Assembly (NCBI GenBank): GCA_016875535.1 | Contig: VGPF01000007.1 | Coordinates: forward strand, 7,998 to 71,997 | Source of the DNA: Chloroflexota bacterium | GTDB lineage: Bacteria > Chloroflexota > Dehalococcoidia > SHYB01 | Direction: 5' to 3' | DNA: 64,000 nt | Part shown: positions 1-8,656 of the stretch, piece by piece | Layout: each line of letters begins with the position of its first letter | Position numbering within the stretch: position 1 is the stretch's first letter | Program-made: the position numbers and the translations under genes | Notes under the pieces: model-generated | Seen by the model: only the letters and a program-made list of their open reading frames with translations | Databases searched by the model: none | What the model was told of the DNA's origin: nothing

Positions 1-1160
1 TCGCCGGTGAAGGCGCTCTTAAGGCCCACGACGGCGATGATGTTGCCTGCGTCCGTCCAGTCAATCTCTTCGCGGGTATTGGCGTGCATGCGCACCAGGC
101 GGCTGACGCGCTCCTTCTCATCGCGGGTGGCGTTATAGACAGCGGTACCGGAGGTGATCTTGCCTGAATAGACGCGCAGGAAGACCAGACGGCCGACGAA
201 GGGGTCGGTCATGACCTTGAAGGCCAGTGCGCAGAATGGCTCCGTTGGGCTGGGCTTGCGCTCGGCAGGCTGCTCCGTCTTGGGGTGGGTACCTTTGATC
301 GCATCAATATCCACAGGAGAGGGCAGATAATCGGTGACGGCGTCAAGCATGAGCTGGACGCCTTTGCTCTTAAGGGCGCTGCCGTTGAGGATCGGGACGA
401 GCTTATTGGCAGCAACGGCCTTGCGGAAGGCCTTCTTGAGGGTATCCTTGGGAATCTCCTTGCCCTCAAGGAAAAGCTCGGTCAGAGAGTCGTCCGTCTC
501 CGCGATGCGCTCAACCAGGGCCTCGCGGTACTTCTTCACATCGGCCATGAGACCTTCGGGGATCGGAATCTCTTTCTGAGTGTGCTTCTCGTCGTCAACG
601 AACTCATAGGCCTTCAGCTCCAGCAGGTCAACCACGCCTTTGTAGGCGGCCTCGGACCCGATGGGAAGCTGGGCGACGGCGATACGCGCCTTGAGACGGT
701 CTACGATGGTGCCGATGGCGCGGAAATAATCGGCGCCGATGCGGTCCATCTTGTTGATGAAGCAGATCCTGGGAACGCGATGCCGCTCGGCCTGGCGCCA
801 CACGGTCTCCGACTGAGGCTGAACGCCGGCGACCGCGTCAAAGACGACGACGGCGCCATCGAGGACGCGCAAGCTGCGCTCCACCTCGGCGGTGAAGTCC
901 ACGTGGCCCGGGGTGTCAATGATGTTGATCCGATGGCCCTTCCAGTACGCGGTGGTGGCGGCGGCGGTGATGGTGATGCCGCGCTCGCGCTCCTGGTCCA
1001 TCCAGTCCATCGTGGCAGTGCCTTCATGAACCTCACCGAGCTTGTAGTTGCGCCCGGTGAAATAGAGGACGCGCTCAGAGACGGTGGTCTTGCCGGCATC
1101 AATGTGGGCGATGAAGCCGATATTGCGGATCTGTTCTATTGGAAATGGTCGCTCAGCCAT
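1..1160 (-). CDS. fusA: Elongation factor G, N-terminal part (runs off window start)
   Basis: Manual translation from CAT at 1158-1160: [65 protein letters not shown], the EF-G G1/G2 motifs; lies downstream of rpsG. Not in ORF track because it is open at the edge. Confidence 0.97.
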   Translation of the reverse strand, partial: MAERPFPIEQIRNIGFIAHIDAGKTTVSERVLYFTGRNYKLGEVHEGTATMDWMDQERERGITITAAATTAYWKGHRINIIDTPGHVDFTAEVERSLRVLDGAVVVFDAVAGVQPQSETVWRQAERHRVPRICFINKMDRIGADYFRAIGTIVDRLKARIAVAQLPIGSEAAYKGVVDLLELKAYEFVDDEKHTQKEIPIPEGLMADVKKYREALVERIAETDDSLTELFLEGKEIPKDTLKKAFRKAVAANKLVPILNGSALKSKGVQLMLDAVTDYLPSPVDIDAIKGTHPKTEQPAERKPSPTEPFCALAFKVMTDPFVGRLVFLRVYSGKITSGTAVYNATRDEKERVSRLVRMHANTREEIDWTDAGNIIAVVGLKSAFTG

Positions 1161-1197
1161 GACGTATATCTCTCGTGAGGAAGAAAAGCGCTGCCGT

Positions 1198-1665
1198 TTA
1201 CCAGCGATAGTGGACGAAGGCGCGGTTCGCCTCGGCCATCTTGAAGAGGTCCTCCCTGCGTTTCACCGCTGCGCCCTGGCCGCGAGCCGCATCCACCAGC
1301 TCCGCCGCCAGCTTCTCCGCCATGGGGCGTCCCTTGCGGGCGCGGGCCGCCTGAACGATCCAGCGCATGGCGAGGGTCGCCCGGATCTCCGGGCGGATCT
1401 CCACGGGCACCTGGTAGGTGGCGCCGCCGACACGGCGGGGCTTCACCTGGAGCACTGGGGTTGCATTCTTCAGCGCCTGGTCAAAGACCTCAAGGGCGGG
1501 GCGCTTGGCATCCCGTTCGGCCCTGTCCAGGGCGGTATAAACGATCTTCTGAGCCACGGTGTACTTGCCGCGCTCCATCACCTTATGGACAAAGCGAGAG
1601 ATATCCTCCCGGTTGTACTTCCAATCGGGCGGAATCGTCCGTCGCTCTGCATTTCTCCGTCTCAC
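1198..1665 (-). CDS. rpsG: 30S ribosomal protein S7
   Basis: [17 protein letters not shown] and [13 protein letters not shown] motifs; str operon position. Confidence 0.98.
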   Translation of the reverse strand: MRRRNAERRTIPPDWKYNREDISRFVHKVMERGKYTVAQKIVYTALDRAERDAKRPALEVFDQALKNATPVLQVKPRRVGGATYQVPVEIRPEIRATLAMRWIVQAARARKGRPMAEKLAAELVDAARGQGAAVKRREDLFKMAEANRAFVHYRW

Positions 1666-1766
1666 AGATAGTTCCCCTGTTTTTGTTTCTCTGGTGTATT
1701 ACAACGAACAAGCCTGGACGCTGGTGGCAAGGAGACTTCCCGAGCCTCACGCCTATCGCTACGAAG

Positions 1767-2243
1767 CTACTTTGCGGGAGGAGCCGCCGCCTTCTTCTCG
1801 CCTCCGCCCGAGGCAGCCGCCGCCCCGCCGCCCTTCCCGCGCTTGGCGCCGTACTTGCTGCGACCCTGCTTCCGATCAGTCACGCCGGCAGAGTCCAGCG
1901 TGCCGCGGATGATGTGATAGCGGACGCCGGGCAGGTCAGGAACACGGCCGCCGCGGATAAGGACCACGGAGTGTTCCTGGAGGTTATGCCCTTCGCCGGG
2001 GATGTAGGCGGTGACTTCCATGCCGTTGGTGAGGCGCACGCGGGCTACTTTGCGAAGCGCCGAGTTGGGCTTCTTGGGGGTAACAGTGCGCACCTGGGTG
2101 CAGACGCCGCGCTTCTGGGGAGCGCCGGGGCCGCGCTTCTGGAGTTTCTCCAGAGAGTTAAAGGTGAAACGAAGCGCAGGGGCCTTAATTCGGCTACCCT
2201 TATGCTTCCTTCCCTTACGTATCAGTTGGTTTATCGTAGGCAC
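1767..2243 (-). CDS. rpsL: 30S ribosomal protein S12 (GTG start, Gly/Ala/Lys C-terminal tail)
   Basis: [46 protein letters not shown]; start re-called at GTG 2243. Confidence 0.98.
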   Translation of the reverse strand: MPTINQLIRKGRKHKGSRIKAPALRFTFNSLEKLQKRGPGAPQKRGVCTQVRTVTPKKPNSALRKVARVRLTNGMEVTAYIPGEGHNLQEHSVVLIRGGRVPDLPGVRYHIIRGTLDSAGVTDRKQGRSKYGAKRGKGGGAAAASGGGEKKAAAPPAK

Positions 2244-2308
2244 AGCTATCCTCAAGTTCTGAACGCTGGACAAGAAAATAGGAGGACAATGTATCCGCGC
2301 AAGTAGCT

Positions 2309-2337
2309 ATAGTAGCAGTCTCCCCTTTTGCTGTCAA
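2309..2337 (-). promoter_or_regulatory. Sigma70-type promoter of the str operon
   Basis: Minus strand TTGACA-17 nt-TACTAT with extended TG (TGCTACTAT). Confidence 0.8.
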
Positions 2338-2380
2338 CAGAGATGCCGGGGAGGAGCCGGGTCTGTGGCCTCGGGCTGTG

Positions 2381-2686
2381 CTACCCAGTCTTAACAACGC
2401 CGTCAATGCGTTGTGCCAGGTGCAAATCAAGTTCCGTCAGGCCGCCTTTCGCGTGGGTCCACAGGGTCAGCGTCACGCGATTGTAGCGGACATCGATATC
2501 CGGGTGGTGATTCTCCTCTTCAGCAAGACGTGCAACCTCATTCACGAAATCCATCGCATCCCGTAAGCTGCCAAGGGAGTAGCTCTTCCGCAGTTTTTTG
2601 ACGCGTCCGGAAAGAAGCCGCCACCCATGCAGGGTGTGCAAAGAGGACTGCAGACCGGCTGATGAGAGCACTGGGGGAATGCGCAT
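2381..2686 (-). CDS. phhB: Pterin-4-alpha-carbinolamine dehydratase family protein
   Basis: NHHPDI, VRYNRV and LWTHAKGGLTELD motifs. Confidence 0.88.
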   Translation of the reverse strand: MRIPPVLSSAGLQSSLHTLHGWRLLSGRVKKLRKSYSLGSLRDAMDFVNEVARLAEEENHHPDIDVRYNRVTLTLWTHAKGGLTELDLHLAQRIDGVVKTG

Positions 2687-2844
2687 CTGAAGTACGCTCG
2701 AAATCGAGGCCTACATTATATATAGGCGTGGGAATGCTCATGATGTTTGCCTGACGGAGAGACCTGGATCGTTATGACAAGTCCGGCCCATGGAGGGCGA
2801 AAGCCAGCGCAGGCATCGGGCGTCCAGTAGTATAGGAGACACCT

Positions 2845-3738
2845 ATGAAAGTCGGCGCCTTTGAACTCACCGAACCGTTGCCGGAGCTGCGGGAGCCGCA
2901 TGCCCTTGCGATGCTGCGCCCGTGGATTGATGTGGGCAGCGTCGGCAGTCTGGCCCTCGCGCGATTGGAGAGTCACCTGCAGGCGCAGGAGTTGGGGAAG
3001 CTCGCGAAACCGGGCATGTTCTTCGATTTCACCCGCTACCGGCCCATGCTGACGAACCGGGACGGCAAGCGGGAGGTAACTCTCCCCAATAGCTTCATCC
3101 GCTATGCTCGGCGGGCGAACGGCCCGGACTTCATCTTTCTACACTTACTAGAGCCGCACATGTTCGGGGAGGATTACACGGATTCCGTGGTTGAGCTCTT
3201 TAAGGTCCTTGGGGTGAAGCGCTACTTCCTGGCCGGGGCGATGTACGATGCCGTGCCCCACACGCGGCCGCTGCTTGTAACAGGCAGCATCTCCGGCATC
3301 AACATCCAGCATCTGCTCGGCTCAAGCAAGGTGGAGCAGAGCACGTACGCGGGCCCGACGACGATCAACTACCTTGTGGGACAGAAGGCGAGCGAGATGG
3401 GAATCGAAAACTCCAGCCTTATCGCGCATCTGCCGCAATATGCCCAACTGGATGAGGATTTTACCGGCGCGGCGCGCGTACTAGAGATCCTGGCGGCGAT
3501 CTACAACCTGCCGAAAGGCATCATAGACTACAAGCGCGGCGAGGAGCAGTACCAAGAGCTCGGCCTCGCCGTCGCCAGCGACCCGCGGCTCAAGCCGATG
3601 ATCCGCCAGCTCGAGCAGACCTATGACGCGCGGGCGAAGGAGCGCGCCGGCCCGTCGCCGGCGCAGCTCTCAGCCGAGTTGGAGAATTTCCTGCGGGAGA
3701 TGGGGGAGAAGCTGGACGGCGGCGAGACGAAAAGCTAG
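2845..3738 (+). CDS. PAC2 (proteasome assembly chaperone-like) family protein
   Basis: WIDVGSVG, FFDFTRYRP, EPHMFGEDY, HLPQYAQL resemble actinobacterial/chloroflexal PAC2 proteins; SD AGGAG upstream. Confidence 0.8.
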   Translation: MKVGAFELTEPLPELREPHALAMLRPWIDVGSVGSLALARLESHLQAQELGKLAKPGMFFDFTRYRPMLTNRDGKREVTLPNSFIRYARRANGPDFIFLHLLEPHMFGEDYTDSVVELFKVLGVKRYFLAGAMYDAVPHTRPLLVTGSISGINIQHLLGSSKVEQSTYAGPTTINYLVGQKASEMGIENSSLIAHLPQYAQLDEDFTGAARVLEILAAIYNLPKGIIDYKRGEEQYQELGLAVASDPRLKPMIRQLEQTYDARAKERAGPSPAQLSAELENFLREMGEKLDGGETKS

Positions 3739-3756
3739 TGCCCTGGGGCGGATGAC

Positions 3757-3792
3757 AAAAAAACGGCCCGCCGATACGGCGGGCCGTTTTTT
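3757..3792. terminator. Bidirectional intrinsic terminator
   Basis: AAAAAAACGGCCCGCCG-ATA-CGGCGGGCCGTTTTTT between convergent PAC2 gene and micropeptide 1. Confidence 0.9.
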
Positions 3793-3811
3793 CTCCATCG
3801 AGTTGGAGCAG

Positions 3812-3853
3812 TTACTTCTTCTTCTTCTTTGCAGCCTTCTTCTTAGCGGCCAT
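3812..3853 (-). CDS. Lys-rich micropeptide 1, MAAKKKAAKKKKK (13 aa)
   Basis: SD GGAGGTGAT upstream of ATG at 3853; all 8 Lys codons AAG; TAA at 3812-3814; own promoter and terminator. Confidence 0.65.
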   Translation of the reverse strand: MAAKKKAAKKKKK

Positions 3854-3890
3854 GGTAGATATCACCTCCCTCTCCACTAAGCTATTTTCC

Positions 3891-3919
3891 ATAGTAGCAT
3901 GCGCGATGGCGTCATCCAA
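3891..3919 (-). promoter_or_regulatory. Sigma70-type promoter of micropeptide 1
   Basis: Minus strand TTGGAT-17 nt-TACTAT; extended -10 TGCTACTAT is identical to that of the rpsL promoter. Confidence 0.6.
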
Positions 3920-4247
3920 ATGCGCTGTGTGAATACGTAATTTGTTTTCATGAATCGTTTGTGCTTGGTTGATGCATATGCGATGCATTGCGTGTGATTT
4001 CGCTACGCTATGCTTCGATTTCGCGTGATAGCGATGTTGCAGCGCACACGCGCCGATGATTTGCTCCGCGATACGCGCGCACGCGCTTCGAGGTCCGTCG
4101 AAGCTCCTCATCAACAACAGCCCGACACACGCACCCAGGGAAGAAATGCCGCTGCGTGACGGCGCGCTCCATCGGCGCGGCGCGCAGATCAATGCCGACG
4201 CCGCCCCAGCGGCAGCACCTCGGCATCTCGCGCCGACATTCGCGGGC

Positions 4248-4285
4248 AAAATAAAAGCGCCCCGATCTGCACCGGGGCGCTTTTT
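4248..4285 (-). terminator. Intrinsic terminator of micropeptide 2
   Basis: Minus strand AAAAAGCGCCCCG-GTGCAGAT-CGGGGCGCTTTTATTTT. Confidence 0.85.
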
Positions 4286-4304
4286 ATCCGCAGAGCGGAT
4301 ACAG

Positions 4305-4328
4305 TTACTTCTTCTTCTTCTTCTTCAC
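4305..4328 (-). CDS. Poly-Lys micropeptide 2, (M)KKKKKK (7 aa, GTG start)
   Basis: SD AAAGGTGGTGATC (12/13 match to the extended anti-SD complement AAAGGAGGTGATC) with 8 nt between GGTGG and GTG; AAG x6 then TAA. Confidence 0.55.
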   Translation of the reverse strand: MKKKKKK

Positions 4329-4362
4329 CAGGATCACCACCTTTCGACCTGAGGATTGATTC

Positions 4363-4390
4363 ATGGTATCACGAACATGCTTATGTTCAA
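4363..4390 (-). promoter_or_regulatory. Sigma70-type promoter of micropeptide 2
   Basis: Minus strand TTGAAC-16 nt-TACCAT with extended TG (TGATACCAT). Confidence 0.5.
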
Positions 4391-4573
4391 GTCCAACATC
4401 GGCAATCCACCGTATGAGTGCCTATTTGTGACGTTATCAATCGAGACCATATCGCGCATAGGCATGGATTTCGATGCAGTATGCCTCGATTTCTCCGTGA
4501 CCTATAGGCGCACCACGGAGATTCATGAAATCGAGAGCGCGCCGGTCTCGCACGTCGGAGCACCACACTGCGT

Positions 4574-5014
4574 CTACGACGCCGCGCGCGGCTTCTTCCT
4601 CGAGAAGTAGCGCTTCATCGGCTGGAAATAGAACTCGTCCCAGCCCTGCTTGTAGCTCTCGCCCTGCCCGGGAGGAATGTCTGTGTGCTTGAACGTGATA
4701 CGCGTTCCTCCCTGGGCTTTCGCAAAGAGCACTTCCAACCGCGAGTCCCTGGCATCCTTGGGAAACTCTGTGGTCCGCCAGGACTGCAGGATGCGCCTCC
4801 CCGGCTCAAGCGCCAGCGTCACGCCGGAGATGTAGCCGTCCCACGCCGTGTGCTTCCCACCCACCTTCGGCTCGATGACGGCCTCTCCCCCGGTGAAATC
4901 ACTGTGGGCTTTGCTATCGAGCCAGCCTTCGTACAGCCTCTTGGCATCGGCGGGTATCACCGCGGAAACCTCGATGGCGTCAAGCTTCGCGGCGGGCTTC
5001 TTCTTTCCAGGCAT
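4574..5014 (-). CDS. SRPBCC/AHSA1-like domain protein
   Basis: PKVGGKHTAWDGYISG, RILQSWRTTEF, GWDEFYFQPM typical of Aha1-like START fold. Confidence 0.85.
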   Translation of the reverse strand: MPGKKKPAAKLDAIEVSAVIPADAKRLYEGWLDSKAHSDFTGGEAVIEPKVGGKHTAWDGYISGVTLALEPGRRILQSWRTTEFPKDARDSRLEVLFAKAQGGTRITFKHTDIPPGQGESYKQGWDEFYFQPMKRYFSRKKPRAAS

Positions 5015-5512
5015 CTATCGCTCCTTCGCGCCGCTCTTCTTGGCATTGGCGGTCATGAATTCCACGATCTGCCTCTGGCCACGGCGCATCGTCCAATTGT
5101 GGTTCGCGCGGAAAAGGGGACGGAGGAGCGGGGAGAAATACTTCACCACGCCCTTCTCCACCCTCGGGTTCCAATCCAGCGTGACTCGAGAGCCGCCGGG
5201 CGCAGGCTCCACGATCCATCGGGAGGCGTCCGTCACGAAATCGCCCGTGGCCTTGAACTGGATGAGGCGCGGCCTCTCAAGAGCCGTGCTTTCGATCGTG
5301 AAGCGCAGCTTGTAGGGAAGGAAGCCCCGGGCGGTGACATCCACCAGCGCGCCCACACGCGGCTCCTTTTCGCCGTTGCGCGCCTTGGCGGTAAGGTACA
5401 CGCCGCGCCACCAGAGAGGAAAGTCCTCTGCGCGCGAAAGGACCCTCCAGACTTCGTCGGGAGGAAAGGGGACGAACCAGTGGTCTTCGAAGTGGTAGCT
5501 GTTGAGCGGCAT
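5015..5512 (-). CDS. SRPBCC (polyketide cyclase/dehydrase) family protein
   Basis: PPDEVWRVL...FPLWWRGV, C-terminal NHNWTMRRGQ helix. Confidence 0.8.
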   Translation of the reverse strand: MPLNSYHFEDHWFVPFPPDEVWRVLSRAEDFPLWWRGVYLTAKARNGEKEPRVGALVDVTARGFLPYKLRFTIESTALERPRLIQFKATGDFVTDASRWIVEPAPGGSRVTLDWNPRVEKGVVKYFSPLLRPLFRANHNWTMRRGQRQIVEFMTANAKKSGAKER

Positions 5513-5520
5513 AGCCTGCC

Positions 5521-5970
5521 TTACGGCGCTTTGCGCTGGGCAAGCATCTCGCAGCGCTTCTTGAGATTCGCCACGGTGGCATCCACTTGCCTGTTGAGGC
5601 GGCCCTTAATGAAGACGGTGAAGAGCGAGCCGATGAGATTAAGGTTGCTCGTCGTTCTATAGTCCACCGTTGTGACGCCATCGGCATGGCTGAAGCGGTA
5701 CTGCTCCAGCCCCTTGCCGAAGCGGCTCGCGTTGGCGATCTGCAAGCCTTCCCCCCGATTCGATTCAACGATGGTGAGCCTGAAATCGGTCTTCATAGGC
5801 CCCGCGTGATAGCGCCAGACGGCGGTGGAGGCCTTGGCGGGCCACTCCTTGGAGATGAAGGGGTAGTCCTCAAAGCCCGGCGCCCACTCCTTCGCGCTCA
5901 CCAGGTCTGTGATCACGTCCCAGACAAGTTCAGGAGGCGCGTTAATGGCGACTGTCCGTTGTATCTCCAC
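5521..5970 (-). CDS. SRPBCC family protein
   Basis: TVAINAPPELVWDVITDL...EW N-terminal signature; SD GGAGG before GTG. Confidence 0.8.
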   Translation of the reverse strand: MEIQRTVAINAPPELVWDVITDLVSAKEWAPGFEDYPFISKEWPAKASTAVWRYHAGPMKTDFRLTIVESNRGEGLQIANASRFGKGLEQYRFSHADGVTTVDYRTTSNLNLIGSLFTVFIKGRLNRQVDATVANLKKRCEMLAQRKAP

Positions 5971-6088
5971 AGGAAACCTCCCTAGGCAGGGACACGGCTT
6001 GCGGGAGCATCCGCAGGCGGCGTCTACACGTCAAGGCGCGGTAAACAGCTTATGCTCCGTATTATCTGCCTGGGGAGACGCGGCAGCG

Positions 6089-6742
6089 CTACGTCTGAAT
6101 AGAGCGCAATTGGCGGATGATGAGATCCGGGGAGGGCTCGTCCGCTATGTTCTTGGCGATATAGCTCCATCGCACACGCCCTGCCTTATCCACGATGAAC
6201 GTGGAGGGCGTGGCGAGGCGATCGTTGAAGAGGTTGTAGACACCCCATTCGCTGATGACCTTGGCCTGTGGGTCGTAGAGCACGGGGAAGCGGATGCCGA
6301 CCCGTTCGACGAGGTTGCGCGCCCCATCGCGGTCGTCGGTGCTGATGGCGACGACGGTCGTTTCCAGGGCTATCAGGTCTTTCTCACGCTCTTGCAACTC
6401 AACGAGGTGCTTGCGGCAGAACGTTCACCAAAAGCCTCGGTGGAAGACGACGACGACGTTCTTGCTGCCCTGGTAGCTCGCCAGGGAGACATTCTTCCCA
6501 TCGCCGCTGGGAAGCGTAAAGTTCCTGGCGAGTGGCGCGTTCGGCGGCGCAGTGGCAGCACGAGTAGCAGTCGCGGTCACATCTGCAGGCTGGGCAGTCG
6601 CCCCTAGGATGACAGAGGCTGTCGCCGTCGGCGCAACCGCCGTTGGCGAAGGCGCGAGTGGCGCGGCGCTTTCTCCGCCGCCAGAGCAGGCGGCGAGGAG
6701 GATCGCTATAGCGAGGGCGACGGCGAGGGTGTGTGTTCTCAT
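6089..6742 (-). CDS. Lipoprotein peroxiredoxin-like/AhpC-TSA redoxin, probable selenoprotein (UxxC)
   Basis: ORFs 6425-6742 and 6089-6397 are in one frame joined by TGA at 6425-6427: VVVFHRGFW-U-TFCRKHLVELQE; lipobox LLAAC; downstream SECIS-like hairpin. Confidence 0.85.
6386..6424 (-). promoter_or_regulatory. Putative bacterial SECIS element
   Basis: Directly after UGA: ACGTTCT/AGAGCGT lower stem, GCAA/TTGC, CTC-GTT-GAG apical stem-loop starting with G, 21 nt from UGA. Confidence 0.6.
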
Positions 6743-6809
6743 AGGCTGTTGTTAGTCTAAACGAACGACCGTGCATTTTGGATGCACGATCCGTATGATC
6801 TTGTGAAAT

Positions 6810-7592
6810 CTAGGCCTTCGCGCCCCTTTGGCGGGCTAAGATGTCCGCATCATCGGTCACGACGGCCTGGACGCCCATCTTCTTGATGGCGGCGTAGTCC
6901 ATGCCGGCGTCTACATCCCAGGCCAAGATAGGCCACCCGCGGCGACGGCACTTGGCGATGAGTTTGGGCGAAAGGGCACGCTGCTCCGGCTGGACCCAGG
7001 TGGGTTTTACAAGGGGCAGGAACCACTGCGGCGGCAGGCGGTAGGGGCGGAAGCGGCTCCAGGCATAGCCACGGGCCAGGGGCGGCTCCAGGCGGCGCGC
7101 CTCGTCCAGGGCGCGCGCGCTGAAGCTGGAGAGCATCGCCGTCTCGAGGCGATCGTGGCGACGGATGACTTCGATAGTGGCGGCGACAAGCTGTGCGTAG
7201 GCCAGGCCGAAGACCTTCACTTCCACGTCAATCAGAAAGTCATTCGGCAGGGCTTCAAAAACCTCGTCTAACGTCGGCACCTTCGCGCCTGCAAACTTCG
7301 CACTGAACCAGGAGCCCGCGTCAAGCCGCTGAAGCTCGGCCAAGGTCATCGCCCTCACGCTACCCCTGCCGTTGGTGGTGCGGTTGACCGTTGGATCGTG
7401 GATGACAACGACCTTCTTGTCTTTGGTCAGTCGCACGTCCAATTCGATGGCGTCGGCCCCAGCCGCATGGGCCAAGCGGAAGCCTTCGATGGTGTTCTCC
7501 GGCGCCGCCTTCGGCATGCCGCGATGGGCGACGATCAACGGAACGTGCGGGGCATCGGGTGAGAGACGCCAGGAGGCGGGTCTGTTCCCCAT
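6810..7592 (-). CDS. Glycerophosphodiester phosphodiesterase family protein
   Basis: VAHRG, PENT, IELDVRLTKD, VIHD motifs; start re-called at ATG 7592. Confidence 0.9.
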   Translation of the reverse strand: MGNRPASWRLSPDAPHVPLIVAHRGMPKAAPENTIEGFRLAHAAGADAIELDVRLTKDKKVVVIHDPTVNRTTNGRGSVRAMTLAELQRLDAGSWFSAKFAGAKVPTLDEVFEALPNDFLIDVEVKVFGLAYAQLVAATIEVIRRHDRLETAMLSSFSARALDEARRLEPPLARGYAWSRFRPYRLPPQWFLPLVKPTWVQPEQRALSPKLIAKCRRRGWPILAWDVDAGMDYAAIKKMGVQAVVTDDADILARQRGAKA

Positions 7593-7597
7593 GGCGT

Positions 7598-8656
7598 CTA
7601 ATTGAGCCGCAGACGCCACAGATCGCCGAGGTCACCCTGGCCCCCTGCGCCACCGAAGAGGTAAATGGACCTGGCGCGAACGTCTATCGCGCCAGCGTGG
7701 CTCTGACGAGGCTCCGGCGCAGGGGCGGCGACTGCCGCGCCCCTCCAGCCTGGCGTCTGACCAAAGGTCCAGACATCATTCGCATTGCCCGCCTGGGTGA
7801 AGCCGCCGAAGACGACAAATCGCGAAGCGGCGGGATCGGCTTGCAGCTCAGAGAAGAACCTGGGCGAAGGCTTTGCCGATGAAGCTGGAATCTCCGACCA
7901 GACGCGCGCCGCCGGGTTGAAGCGCCAGAGATCGCCGAGGATAGGCGTCTCATTCGATTGACCGCCGAAGAGGACGATGGACTTAGATTCGAGGTCGAAG
8001 GCGCAGCGATGGAGACAGCGCTTGATGGGCTTTGCTCCAGCGGCGGTGATATCTCGCCATTGGCTGCTTCCCAGGTCAAATACCCAGGTATCATCAAAAC
8101 GTCCGGCATTGGTGAAGCCGTGAGAGATGTAGAAGGCGTCCGCCTCGCCGTCATACGCGGCGCAGGAGCCGTAACGCGTGGGCGGCTTAGCGCCGCCGAT
8201 GCTCACCTCGCGCCACTGGCCTGTTGCAGGGTTGAAGGTCCAGAGATCGTTAAAGAAGCCGCTTGCGCTCTGCCCGCTGAAAACGACCATCTGCGCGCGC
8301 TTGGCGTCGTAGACCGCCACATGTCCCCAGCGAGCGGCGGGAGCGTTTCCGCCATCTGAGAGCCTCGTCCATCTGCCTGCAGGGATATCGAACGCCGAGA
8401 TGTCGTTTAGACCCTGGCCGTTTGCCCTGCCGCCGAAGAGCAGAAGGCGATTGGCCGAGCCATCGAAGACCAGAGTGGCATCGCGACGGGCGCCGGGGCC
8501 GCCATCGAAGCGCACCTGCTCCCATCGGAAGGTCTCGGCGGCGGGCGCTGAGGTCGCCGTTGGCGCAGTCGTATCATCCCCAGAGCAAGCGGTGAGTAGT
8601 ACCGCGAGAGCTAGGAAAGACAGCAGGAGGGACACGAACCATCGCGGTTTCATCAT
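7598..8656 (-). CDS. Kelch-repeat beta-propeller lipoprotein
   Basis: Lipobox LLTAC; repeated LFGG...DLW/DTW units. Confidence 0.85.
   Translation of the reverse strand: MMKPRWFVSLLLSFLALAVLLTACSGDDTTAPTATSAPAAETFRWEQVRFDGGPGARRDATLVFDGSANRLLLFGGRANGQGLNDISAFDIPAGRWTRLSDGGNAPAARWGHVAVYDAKRAQMVVFSGQSASGFFNDLWTFNPATGQWREVSIGGAKPPTRYGSCAAYDGEADAFYISHGFTNAGRFDDTWVFDLGSSQWRDITAAGAKPIKRCLHRCAFDLESKSIVLFGGQSNETPILGDLWRFNPAARVWSEIPASSAKPSPRFFSELQADPAASRFVVFGGFTQAGNANDVWTFGQTPGWRGAAVAAPAPEPRQSHAGAIDVRARSIYLFGGAGGQGDLGDLWRLRLN

Noticed and set aside
285-1178. 297-aa plus-strand ORF and similar long antisense ORFs (11783-13609, 37485-40001, 52746-54305, 56472-58682, 59308-60774)
   Set aside because: Shadow frames of clearly identified genes on the opposite strand, common in high-GC DNA; no recognisable motifs.
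2790-2815. GGCGAAAGCC tetraloop as a c-di-GMP riboswitch
   Set aside because: The rest of the consensus is missing.
3812-4249. 145-aa ORF ending in MAAKKKAAKKKKK
   Set aside because: Upstream part has no protein-like features and contains a promoter and SD that point to the internal ATG at 3853.
6425-6427. Pseudogene or nonsense reading of the in-frame TGA codons (also 44638-44640)
   Set aside because: Both paralogs have TGA at the same catalytic position with intact downstream frames and hairpins; selenocysteine is more parsimonious, though unconfirmed.
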